A stretch of 64,000 nt of DNA, from NCBI GenBank assembly GCA_036172245.1, contig JAYWIR010000025.1:806001-870000 (forward strand). Reading direction: 5' to 3'. A model generated the notes under the pieces. The model was not told the DNA's origin. It did no database searches and was given only the letters and a program-made list of their open reading frames with translations. Positions 15,377 through 26,500 of the stretch are shown here, one piece after another (the first letter of the stretch is position 1; every line of letters begins with the position of its first letter). Source of the stretch: Raillietiella orientalis (lineage: Eukaryota). The position numbers and the translations under genes were made by a program.

Positions 15377-17404
15377 TCAGAATTCTGTTGAAATCTTTTG
15401 CTTTTTTTTGAAACGACGCATAAATAAAATCATCCCTGGAAAGAACTCATCATTTACCATTATAAAATTTGTTTAAAGTGGCTCACCTACAAACATTAAG
15501 CATGCAGCAGCAAGTAAAAGCCAAGTCCAGCAACTGCATTTACTCTTATTGTGCTGTTGTAGAGCACTTGTGTGAATGTTTAAATGTTCATAGTTTTGTT
15601 CAGACAAGTTGCTTGATTTATATAACACCTGCAAAAATTTTAAAGCTATAAATAGACTCAACAGAAAAGTAAAATAGTTTTAATAGTGTTCAATAGAATG
15701 AAAGTATTTATCACACATAATTCTTACACATTTACATGCTTAAGTGCAATGATAAGAAAAAAAAACCCAGTATTACTAAAAGAAAATTAAACATAACATG
15801 TAGCAAGCAATGAAACTTGACTGTTTCAAGTTATAATAAATATACGAAGATACTCTTTATCAATTAAATAGGAACTCAGAAAGATTTCCTCATTAGGGCA
15901 AAGATTTTTTGCTGTTAACATAATACAGAACTTGGAAATACGACTTCCCAACTCATTTACTTCAGCTTTATAAAAAGTGTAATGTAAAAAATGACGTGTA
16001 TTTCGACATTTCTATATTGTCTTCACTAATTTATGGTCCTAAAGAGTATCTTTATCCATATATCTCCCTCTTCAGATCATTAATCCAGATTGAAAAAGTA
16101 GGCCATTCATAAAAGAAACCTGCAAGTTCTAAAATTAATAACTTTGTAAATAATGCGATGAATTCCTACACATTCAATTAATAAAATCTCACGAATACTA
16201 CCATTAAGACAATCGAGAAAATAAATTAATAGAAAGCATTCTTTATTGTTATGAAATCATTTCCAAGCATTCTACAGCACCTACTTTCTAAGTTTGAAAC
16301 AAATCATAGATTAATTCATCAGTAGAGAGCATATACAAACGAACTTTCAAAATCAAAATTGAAATAATGCAATATCATTAAGATATTCATGATGACATTC
16401 TTATTACTTACTTCAGTATCTTTTTTTACTATTTCTGATGCAATTAGTGACTGCTCTTTAAATGATCTGACCAATGATAACATCCCATCGGCAATTTTTT
16501 CTTGCTGTTCATGATGTTTTTCAAGCACACTATCAACATCTTGTTCCACCTGATGAACATGCCCACCTAGAAAATACGTGGATGCACACCTTGTAGTATG
16601 TGCAAGTTTTAAAGTACCACATGAAGCAAACAATTCATCTCTTTCTCGTTTCTCATGCTTCCCTGATAATTTGTGATATAATTCTGCTGTTAACTCTTCA
16701 TTTGGCATTTGTTTCACAGCTGGCAATATTGGGGTTTGATATGAATCTGAGTTCTTCAAATCAGACTTTTGTTTAAATCAAAAATGGAAAATCAGATACA
16801 CTTTGCATAATAGAGCTAATCATAATCAGTAAACAGTAAACAACTGACCAGATCTTTGGCCTTTACTACATCTTTGAGGAATTTCAATCGTCTTCCATAA
16901 CCAAAAAGTATATCTAGGGCAGGCTTGCTAAAAGTAGTGTATGAGTACAAAAACGAATGTAAACTAACTTACTTTGCTTCATTTTTTAAATCTATATATT
17001 TCTCTTCTAAGTATTGTATGTACTGTAAAATATTGGCATATTAAAGTATGACTGCATACTGAATTCACAAAGCACTTCAAATTTTGAGTTTAACAAATTT
17101 CTAAGAATTATGACTGACAGTCTGTTCTCTTAAACAGAAATCAGCATACGACATAAATACTAAATGCTTAACCACCTTTCCCTTTCACGTTAAACATTTT
17201 ATAAGCATACACAATAATATTGCATACATACTTAATTCATCAAAATCACAAAAACTAAACTTTTAAAATCGCTCAGTGGAAAATAGACAAAGTAAATCTT
17301 ACAGCTACAAATCTCCAATCTACATTGCACAAATCCTTTCTGGCACGATCTTCACAAATATTTAACAATCTAAGAAAATCTATTTCTGTTTTGGGCTTAA
17401 CCAT
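15377..17404 (-). CDS. USE1: Vesicle transport protein USE1 (ER SNARE, tail-anchored), about 244-261 aa
   Basis: Exons (high to low) 17404-17303, 17022-16973, 16927-16849, 16765-16412 (possibly split by a 51-nt intron at 16617-16567), 15628-15487, 15435-15377. N-terminus EIDFLRLLNICE...DWRFVAYIQYLEE..KPALD..YGRRLKFLK; SNARE motif DSVLEKHHEQQEKIADGMLSLVRSFKEQSLIASEIVKKDTEVL; TM CWTWLLLAAACLMFVGMILFMR. Confidence 0.88.
15423..15428 (+). promoter_or_regulatory. Probable SND1 polyadenylation signal AATAAA
   Basis: First AATAAA downstream of the SND1 stop codon; it lies inside the last USE1 coding exon on the opposite strand. Confidence 0.5.
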
Positions 17405-19992
17405 CGTCTCCTATTCCTTGATTTTCAAATACAAACAGATTCTGCTGGACCTGAACTTAAATGTACGCACATCACACAGATTATTTGCTCTTATTGGCAG
17501 GAGGTTTAAACATTTCACTTATAAAGTTTGTATTTTCAAAATGACTGAAACTTTCCCATACGTAGTAAGCACACAAGAAATCTGCAAGTCAATGTTGCAT
17601 GATGTCACTTGGATGATGTGCGTCATGATCAGCGGAAATTACTGAAACGTAATTTTGGAAATAATTCTTTTCTGCAATATGATAAAATCAAAATGAACGA
17701 ATACGAGAAAAGCAAACATGTACAGCGGATAAAAACGTCTCAAAGCTAGAAGAAAACAGCGATACATTCCGATCCCCTATGCGGAGCTATCTGTTTGACA
17801 ATTAACGGTATTCTCTCATTGTGACTATCATTACTAAATAACCAACCTGCTCATTCAGGTTCACTGGATCAATCATCCAAATTAAAATATAAAATCAACT
17901 CCCCCGAGATGCATCTCCAGTGCCATTTATCCGGCTCTAATTGCCTCTCGAAATGCATGAACGCCATTCCTAGGACACGTTTATGCGAAAACACTACTGT
18001 TCTCAACTTAATATTTCGTCCATTGGATGGACGAAATATTAAGTTGGAAACTGTTCTAACATGTTTTCATTCTGAAGATTGTTTTGATATGCTTAACAGT
18101 GTAGTTTTTTATATCCCATCTAGATCGTGTTCCGAATCATCCGCACCCACGCAAGAGGAATGCCCAGAGTGTACCTCTCTGGATTGTAACGTAACACATA
18201 CCGTTAGTTCCTCTTCGTGAACAGAGAATCAGCATGCTCAGGCGTTTTCCGCATATCTCACACATGAAATCCATGTTTTAAAAAGTTGCTGTCAAATTAG
18301 CAAAAAACAATCAACCAAACAATGATTTGAATCAGTATACTGACTCTAAAAACTCATTATCTAATTCAAGATAGAATTTCTCTATCTTTCAACAATAACA
18401 GTTATATAAATTACTTGAAAAATATCAGTATACGCTGCCTTATGTCATTTTAGATTTTTATTGAAAGATTTCCTTATTTTCCTTTTTTCATTTTAAAATT
18501 GCCTGTTATTTCAAGATTCAACATGTTTTGTCCTTACTGTTTTCCTTTCAGCTTTTTTTTCTTTCTTTCTTTTTTTTCAACATGTTTTATTGAATCCTGT
18601 TGATGTGCACATATTTCCTAAATGCCGTGGTTTTCCAACCCTTTGCATTTTAAATACATATCATGCCACAAATTGTTAAACCACATGATTCCTTATGTGA
18701 TGTAATTATTTCTGTTTTTTTTTCACATTGGTTCTTCAAGACTGTAATCTTTCGAGAACTCTGAAAAGTTTCCTTAGTTCTTGGGATGTAAACCGATTCC
18801 TCTTTTATATGCAACGGCGTTATCAACAGCAGCATAATCCTTATTCTTAGTCAATGTCTAATTTTACTGGCCTTGTCAGAGAAATATCACAGAGTTTTGA
18901 GTATTTTCACTTTAGCTATCGTTTGTATTTTCAGGACCTCATCAGTAGATCACAATTTCGTATTCTTGTTGAATTCAAGTGAAGATTTTAATTCTTTGCA
19001 AGGAAAATTTGATTTTAATTCTTTGCAAAAATTCAATTGATTGTTTATTTTAGACATCTGGGAAGAACTTTTAGATTTCAAGATGTTTCGTGTATAAATA
19101 GTATTTTATTTCCCTGTGTGCTTTCCAATATATAATTGTTGGTATCATGAAAAATTAGCTGAGATTAAAAAGATCTTAGTAAATTCGAGGGAGGGCATTA
19201 TAAGGAGTTTATCAGCAGATGCTCTGACATCACTGATAAAGATGATAGAGCTGGTCTGCACAGTCATAAGTTAATGGGTGATGATTATGAAGATGATGCT
19301 GTCACAAAAATTAACGCTCCACATGCTATTAACAACAGGAAGAACAAAGGAGGCAACTGGTCAAGGAAATAATTGTGCAGTTATTAGACTGCATAAGTGG
19401 AACTGGTAAAGTTCAAAGGGATAGGAGGCAAATACAAAAAGATGGAACCAAATTCAAGGAGTTGAGCAGCACCATTTATGGATCAATGCCTATCATTCAC
19501 TCTACTTGCACCTACTTTACAAGTGCATGTACAATGTGGACGTGAATTATATGAATATGATAAAATTATATGAATAATATTGTATAGAAAATAATTTTAT
19601 ATCTCCTCAGTGCAAAACTGGTAATTAGATTGCTTTGTCATTAAGCTTTCAAGGAAGCAAATCTATTTTTACATTGCTCTTCAATTGGTGAAATAAAATT
19701 CCCATTCACATTGGTGTTCAGACATCGGGATTTTAAATTGAATTTTGCACTTTCCTTATTCAGTGCATTCCTAATGGAAAGTGCACTCAGAAAAATTAAA
19801 TCATATGAACAACTAAGTCTATATAGTCCACGGACTAAGTCTATATAGTTCATCAAAATATATTCCATCCATTTGACTTCATGACTATCAAGCACTACTT
19901 GGCTATAGATAAACTGAGACATTTTTGAATGCCCGACTTATCATTAAAACAAAAGGATGCAATAAATTGGAAGGTCCATTTATTGATATGTG

Positions 19993-21021
19993 TCAATTTG
20001 TTTCAATGAAGTCATCGGTACAGTTGACAACGAAGCTCATATCTTTTTCCTTTGCTATCTGGACATGGAACTTCAGAAGTTTCTCCAGATTCTTCTGTTT
20101 TGTCGTGTTTGCATTCTTCATGCCTGTTCTCATGAACTCTTCAAATAAATCAATTTGCTCTTCTTTGTACTTCGATCTCATTCCAGCGAGAAGAAGGTAC
20201 AAGCTTTTCACAGCTTGAGATTTCATGAATTCCAAACTTGTATACAGAGTTGAAGGATCCAAATTTTGCACATTTTTAACAATTACTACTTCTCCGTTCT
20301 GAGAAGCAGTCGACAAAATGGGTTGCAATTTGTTTTGGTTCTCTATTGACGCACTCGTTTCTCTGTTCACTTTGTGGAAGTCCACAACTGAGATTTTGCT
20401 GTTGTTTCTGACTTTTTGTATTAAATGGGCTAATTTATATGCCAAACAGTGTGCCGTCAATTCCTCCATCTCATTTTCCTTGTTGTATACAATTATTGCA
20501 ATCGAGTTCTCCGAAATTTCTGTCTCCAAAAAGAAGGGGGCAGTAGCTTCGGTCAGCGCATTCCAGGTTCCATTGCTTTGTGAGGTAAATTTACTTTTTA
20601 GGGATTTAGGGTCAAGATCGAAAAAGGTTGGCATCGAATATCTCCCGTTCGGTTTGGAGAACTGCAGTTTTATTACTTCGCTTTCGGGTAGTTCGCTGAG
20701 GAAGACGCTTCTCATGATGGATGTCAAGAAAATCAAGATCGTCAACCCTAAGACCAGGTACACGGTAGCGAGTAACGTCAAAGCAAAGGCTGTTAACAGG
20801 ACATCCACAACAAACCAGCATTTCCTTCTCATTTCTTTTTTCAAAAAAAGTTCTCCGTCTTGGTTTTCATTTTTCGAACTGAAGCGATGCACGCAAAACA
20901 GAAATGGCTCGCTATTTCTTTTCCATTCTTTTCCGAGAAAACCGAGGGATCGACTTTGGCTGACTTCGAATCTGTCTACGTCTTCCTTGCTCGAGATGCA
21001 ACTTTTGGTGCTTCTGATCAT
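19993..21021 (-). CDS. TOR1AIP-like: Intronless type II membrane protein with a divergent torsin-1A-interacting protein (LAP1/LULL1, LAP1C-type) luminal domain, 342 aa
   Basis: Longest uninterrupted ORF in the window. One long hydrophobic segment (WFVVDVLLTAFALTLLATVYLVLGLTILIFLTSIM), then motifs in LAP1/LULL1 order: LKSKFTSQSNGTW, TAHCLAYKLA, GEVVIVKNVQNLDP, and a C-terminal HVQIAKE...C. N-glycosylation sequons NGT, NNS and NTT. Family assigned by motif recognition only. Confidence 0.62.
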   Translation of the reverse strand: MIRSTKSCISSKEDVDRFEVSQSRSLGFLGKEWKRNSEPFLFCVHRFSSKNENQDGELFLKKEMRRKCWFVVDVLLTAFALTLLATVYLVLGLTILIFLTSIMRSVFLSELPESEVIKLQFSKPNGRYSMPTFFDLDPKSLKSKFTSQSNGTWNALTEATAPFFLETEISENSIAIIVYNKENEMEELTAHCLAYKLAHLIQKVRNNSKISVVDFHKVNRETSASIENQNKLQPILSTASQNGEVVIVKNVQNLDPSTLYTSLEFMKSQAVKSLYLLLAGMRSKYKEEQIDLFEEFMRTGMKNANTTKQKNLEKLLKFHVQIAKEKDMSFVVNCTDDFIETN

Positions 21022-23532
21022 GTTCTACTGATGTTCACTAGAGCTTATAGAAAGGTCTGAAGCTTCTCCACCTCCCTCTATGCGAGCGAAGGCAATATCA
21101 CTGTACTCTTATTCCAAGTAACCGCACTATCATCACGAAATTTTCTGGGAATGGTTGGTCAAAGAAGTCTGAGTCGAAAAATGGCAGCTTCAAATGCATC
21201 TGATCTGCTAATTTTTTCCAGTGTCCCCATTAAAAAAAAAAAAAAACTAAAAGCAAAAAATGGTTCCTACGTTTCGCAATGGTTGGTTAACAATGTATTT
21301 CCATAGTAAACGTAAATAAGATCCTCTGTCCCTGGCAGATGGCATGGTGATGAAGGATGGAGGAGTAAGTGGGTGGGTGTGGACTTTATTGGGAGGTTTC
21401 CATCTGTCGAGAGCGCTCTTATTTGAATATTCAGTATCTTCGGTTATATTTCCAAAAAAGAAAAAAAGTGGAAGGAAAAAAAAAGTCCTGATCTTTTGGT
21501 GATTATTCTCCGTATGTGGAATAACAAAAATATGCCCTCCTCTTAAAAGCCCATCCTCTAGGGAACAGGTTCAATAATTAACTCAAATGCATGCTAATGA
21601 CCAATTGTCGATCTTGAATACCCAATGGTTTTTGAAGGAGAAAGTGACAGACGAGTTACGGCGGTAAAATCTCTGAAAGTTTCCTCCATAAATGTAGCTC
21701 TTCAAAAAAGGGTTAGCGCTATGCAATCGGGACATGTCATCCAAGAACAGTTGGATACGAACAGTTGACCTGGACATCTCAAATGACTGTTTCTTGTGTT
21801 AAGGTTTTATTCAGGACATCGATATTTCCCGAGATACTCTAGAGATCATATTTCTTCAGCGAACTCATCCGGAACCACTTTTGAGGTTGGCCAAACTCCA
21901 CCTCCTATGCAATTTTGAATCAAAGTTCAGCATCCTTCTCACCTTGACAAGAATTTGCTCTTTTTCCCTCTTTCCAATCGCAAAATGTCAATACTCGGTT
22001 CATATGCAGAGGATTGACATCCCTGTTTTGCCATGGTTCCCTCTCTGCTGCTAAAGGAAACGAAAATTCAAGCAGTTTTACTGGGCAGCCGCATTTCCTC
22101 TAGTGGAAACGTAGTTTGTCCAACTTGCAGAAGATACCAGAATTTCGCAATTCAGAACTCATATTTCCTCTTCACTTGACCGCTTTTCATCATGAACTCG
22201 CTGAAAATCCACTTCCAATTTCCCTTCTTTCACTTCCGATTTGAGTTCTGCCAAGTTTTTAGAAGTTAGAGTGTTTCTTCCCTCTCTTCTCCATTCAATG
22301 AATGCTTGAGAGATCAGACTCCATAATCGAGAATTCCGACAAGTTTTCAACCAAATAAAGAAAAATGAAAGCATAGTGAAAATCGTGCCTAGTGAAAATA
22401 CTTTCTACACTTGTAATGTGACGACATCAATTTCTTTATGATGGAATTATTAAGACATCTGTACTATCATTTGTTCCATAATTAATCACGATACTGTTGT
22501 TGCATGTGTGAGTAATGAAAGAATTCTGATTGGCATTTGTTTATTATTTTGCAAAAATGATGACTGCAAGATGTTTGAAGGATTCAGTCACAATGGGGAA
22601 TAATTTGATCACTTACCAAGTAATTGGAGAATGTAAAGATGAAGGGAGATGAGGATGGTAATAAAGTTCTAATAAAGTTCACTTTGCTGACATTATTCCA
22701 TAAAATGAATTGATGCGTTTATTTTCAAGAATCACCATCAAGTACATATTGTTCAATGTCACTCTAACCCCTAATGGAGTAATATTTCGAAGCTAGTTGA
22801 GTAAGGATATCTAAGGACAATAAATTAACTCTGACCTGGAGCTAATTCGCATCTAAATTTCAACTGAATCCTCATGAGCTGAATTTCGATCTGATAGTTT
22901 TAGTCTTAATAAAAAATTCAATAAATTGCTACTCCCAGATAAATATTATCGGGTGCAATTCTGTCTAAGAGATATTTTTTGTTTTAATAATGGCAGGTGA
23001 AAGAAAAGTGGTATAGAAAAGAGATGCATAAAAATTCCATATACGGTGGGCAGTTTTAATGAATTTTTTCATGCCAAGATTTATTCTACAATATAATGCA
23101 GGAAAAAATATCGTGAATAAGCAACATATATTTTGATATACTTTTCAAATTAATAAAAACTTTTTTGTTTAACAGTAGTGCAAGTTGTCACTGAAATTTC
23201 TCGTTGCGGATTTCATTCTGTGTGGTCATGAGAGAGCCTGGAGTGGTGGCTTGAAGTCCTTATGGAAATCGTCTTGGAGTTACATCTTTAGATAGAAGCT
23301 ATGCGTAAATATCGGATGTGATGAACGAAGAAGTGTGTTTTTGTGTGGATCCCAACACGAAATTGTGCCATGTGTAAAAAAGTAGCTTTAATATGAAACG
23401 CAAATTTACCGATTTGGACTATCGAACGTATCCCACTTTGAAGTTCATGAAATATTTTTTTCAAATATTATCTCCCCCACTAAAATGAAAGTGGATAGAA
23501 GGAGAACGTTAATTATTATCTGAGAAACTAGA

Positions 23533-26500
23533 ATGATGTTTTTCACATTTATTTTCTTAATGCAGAGTTCATGTTTAAGATACGTAACCACTGTTTATAC
23601 TCATGACTGGGCTGTGAAAATTGAAGGTGGGAAAGAAGCAGCTGTCAGAATTTCGGAAAAACATGGATTTGTCAACATGGGGAAGGTTGGTAACTTAAAA
23701 AATTATGAGTAGAATTTTTTTGTGTATTCTGTCAAGTATAACATTCATGTAAATACTTAAACTTCACATGAGTTTTACACGATTTTTACATGAATTTTAC
23801 GTGATTTTGAGCCCGCAGTTTATTTGAACATGAATTGCGCAGACATATGCGTGAAAAATTTTATACTAACTATGTACTTTGTTTTTAAGATCGTCGGAGA
23901 TTATTATTTATTTAGACAACCCAGGATAGCAAAGCGATCTCTCGAACTAAATAAATTTCATGGTGAGATTCTTCTGAATGACCCTCAGGTAAGTTGCTCT
24001 GATAGCAAATTTCTCATCTAGATTAATTTTTTTTTTCTAAATATGATACAGGATTAGAAATGTTTCTTACAAAAGTGGTATTTATTCCAAAGATATCATT
24101 TTTAGAATAGCATGCAAGTAAGGTTTTTTTTTGATGGCTGAAGGTTTGGGTAACAAACTGATGTTGCAAACAATATTTGCTAACAGTATTTCGTTATGTT
24201 TTGATTGACTATAGACGAAATTATGAAAAAATGAAAAACCCTTAGGATGCAACCATGGTAGTTTAAAATTAATCAGATGTAATTCATATTTTCATTTCTT
24301 TTGAAAATGGTATAAATTTTCAAGAAGATCATTTATACCATTTGGAGAATGATGTTTCTTTTGCTTTTATGGAAATTTAAGTTTAATTTAGTCATTGGCT
24401 ATGCAAATTCCTTGCTTAATTTATTAAATGAAATGAAATTACATTCTTCATCTAGAGGTGAAAATTGCACAGCTAATTGTTTGCTTATTTAAATGTGTTT
24501 TTGAATTACTTTCAGATGCAGTAGGTTTTATTGTATGTGTCTAAATTTTCAGTAATTGTGTGCTAGGACATTTATATCCTTATTTTCATCTTTTTTCAAC
24601 AGAGAGCTGTAAAAGTTTTTTGTCAACATTCCTGAAATTTCTGTTTGACCATCCTTGTATTTTTATCTGAATTTCTTTTGGAAAAAAGACAAAAAAGATT
24701 TGTAATGTGCTTAGTGTGTTTGCTAGTCATCTTATGAGTCATTTAATTATTATTAAAATTTGTGTACATTTCAAAAATAATCAATGATCCATCTGAAAGT
24801 AATTCAATCAATACATATCCATTTGCAAGTAATTCTAGAAATTTGGTTGAAGTTACCTTATGCTTTCAAGTTCTCTTACAGGAAGGTAGTTTAATTTATG
24901 TTATGTAGTTTTTTAAAAATGAGCTGAATGCATGTATGTTGTAGTATGTGCAGATTTTTGGATACATGCGCATTTTCTGTTGTGTTTAGCACTTCATCAT
25001 TGAGTTTAGCCTTTAAATGCTCTTTTATGTAACCCTTATTTATGTACTTGCATTCTTGTCGTAATTCATTTATGTATAAGGTTTTCAGTTACTTTGTATT
25101 TTCCTATTGACAGGCATCAGTAGGATCAGGTTGCAATTCGTTTCTGCAAGCATTTACAGAATAGCACAATAATCCAGTTTTTCATTCTCAAAGTGTTTCA
25201 AGTTCCTAAAAGTTAGATAACATTTACTTATTTCAAGGTTTTATTTTATTGATGTGTTCAAAATTTCTTCATTAGAGACTTTCTTACCTCTCTACACCAG
25301 TAGTGTACATGGACATTTTTGTCAAGAAAAATTGGAAATCTTAGCTAATTTCCTTGTATGATTTGAAAATTCTGATTTGAAAAATTGCTTGTACCCCAGA
25401 CGTTTTCTTTTTATTACGTATATATTACACATGTGCATAAAAGTACATTTTGTGAATCACTTTGTAGAGCCAGACTTTTGTTTTTGCAGCTTTAAAATGC
25501 TAATTTGCAAAATGTTTATAAATGGGTTGTATTTGATTTCATTAGTGTGAGGATTACACCGAACCATGTGTTATAATAAACAATTACAAAAAAGTTTAAT
25601 GTTCATCAAAAGCTTTTTTATCTGGGCATTATTAAATTAATTTTTGAATGTGGAATCTTCAAATGCATGTTTATTGGCTTACAAATGTGTTTATTTCCAG
25701 ACAAAAGTTCGTTACTTGTATCTCATTCTGGAAATGATCTTTTTAGTTTATTAAAACTCTCTATATAATGATGTAAATACTATTTGGGATAATTTGTAGG
25801 TTGTTTGGGCACAGCAGCAGAAAGTAAAAATCAGGGTTAAAAGAGATAACATTAACAAATGGAGACAACCTCCCACTTTTGCCAATGATCCTCTTTGGCC
25901 AAATATGTGGTATTTAGTAAGTAATTATTTCATGTTTTTGAAAATCGTCATACTTTTACTGATGTAGACATTTTTCTAAAATTTACCAGTTTTTTTGTTA
26001 AAAGTATTGGGCAGTGTTCTTTGAGATTTGTGTGTGAGTGGTAACCTCATCATGTGGATTCAAAAAAATAAGTTTCCTGAAAATTCCAGCTCGGAATAGT
26101 ACCGATATTTTCATAGGAAATTTATTTAAAAAATTATTTGCTTAATCATTATTTCCTTGCTCATTCAGTGTTTTCACAGTGAAATGGGGAAATATGGAAT
26201 GAGTTAAAAACTGTATAGCAAACAGAAACAGTAAGATAACATAAAATTTTTTTCAAGATGTATTGAACATGATTAATTAATTCATTTTTGTTGTGCAACC
26301 AATTTCTCAGTTGCCCATAATTATCAATGGTTATTCATTCCCTATAAGTATTGTAGTCAATTTTCCAAATACTTTAGCTTATTGGTTTTCCCTTTGCGGA
26401 TGTATGGTTAAACACATACTTAATGTTAGCTTTTATTGTAATCAAATCTTTTAACAAAAAAAGAATCGTGGCCCTAATCTTGACATGAATGTCAAAGCAG

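Noticed and set aside
18983..19850. Short direct duplications (gattttaattctttgcaa twice; actaagtctatatagt twice)
   Set aside because: Two-copy local slippage duplications; not an array, CRISPR or element terminus.
20318..21031. 237-aa plus-strand ORF (and ORF 19925-20218)
   Set aside because: Antisense shadow of the 342-aa minus-strand ORF; Ser/Phe/Leu-rich composition typical of reverse-complemented coding DNA.
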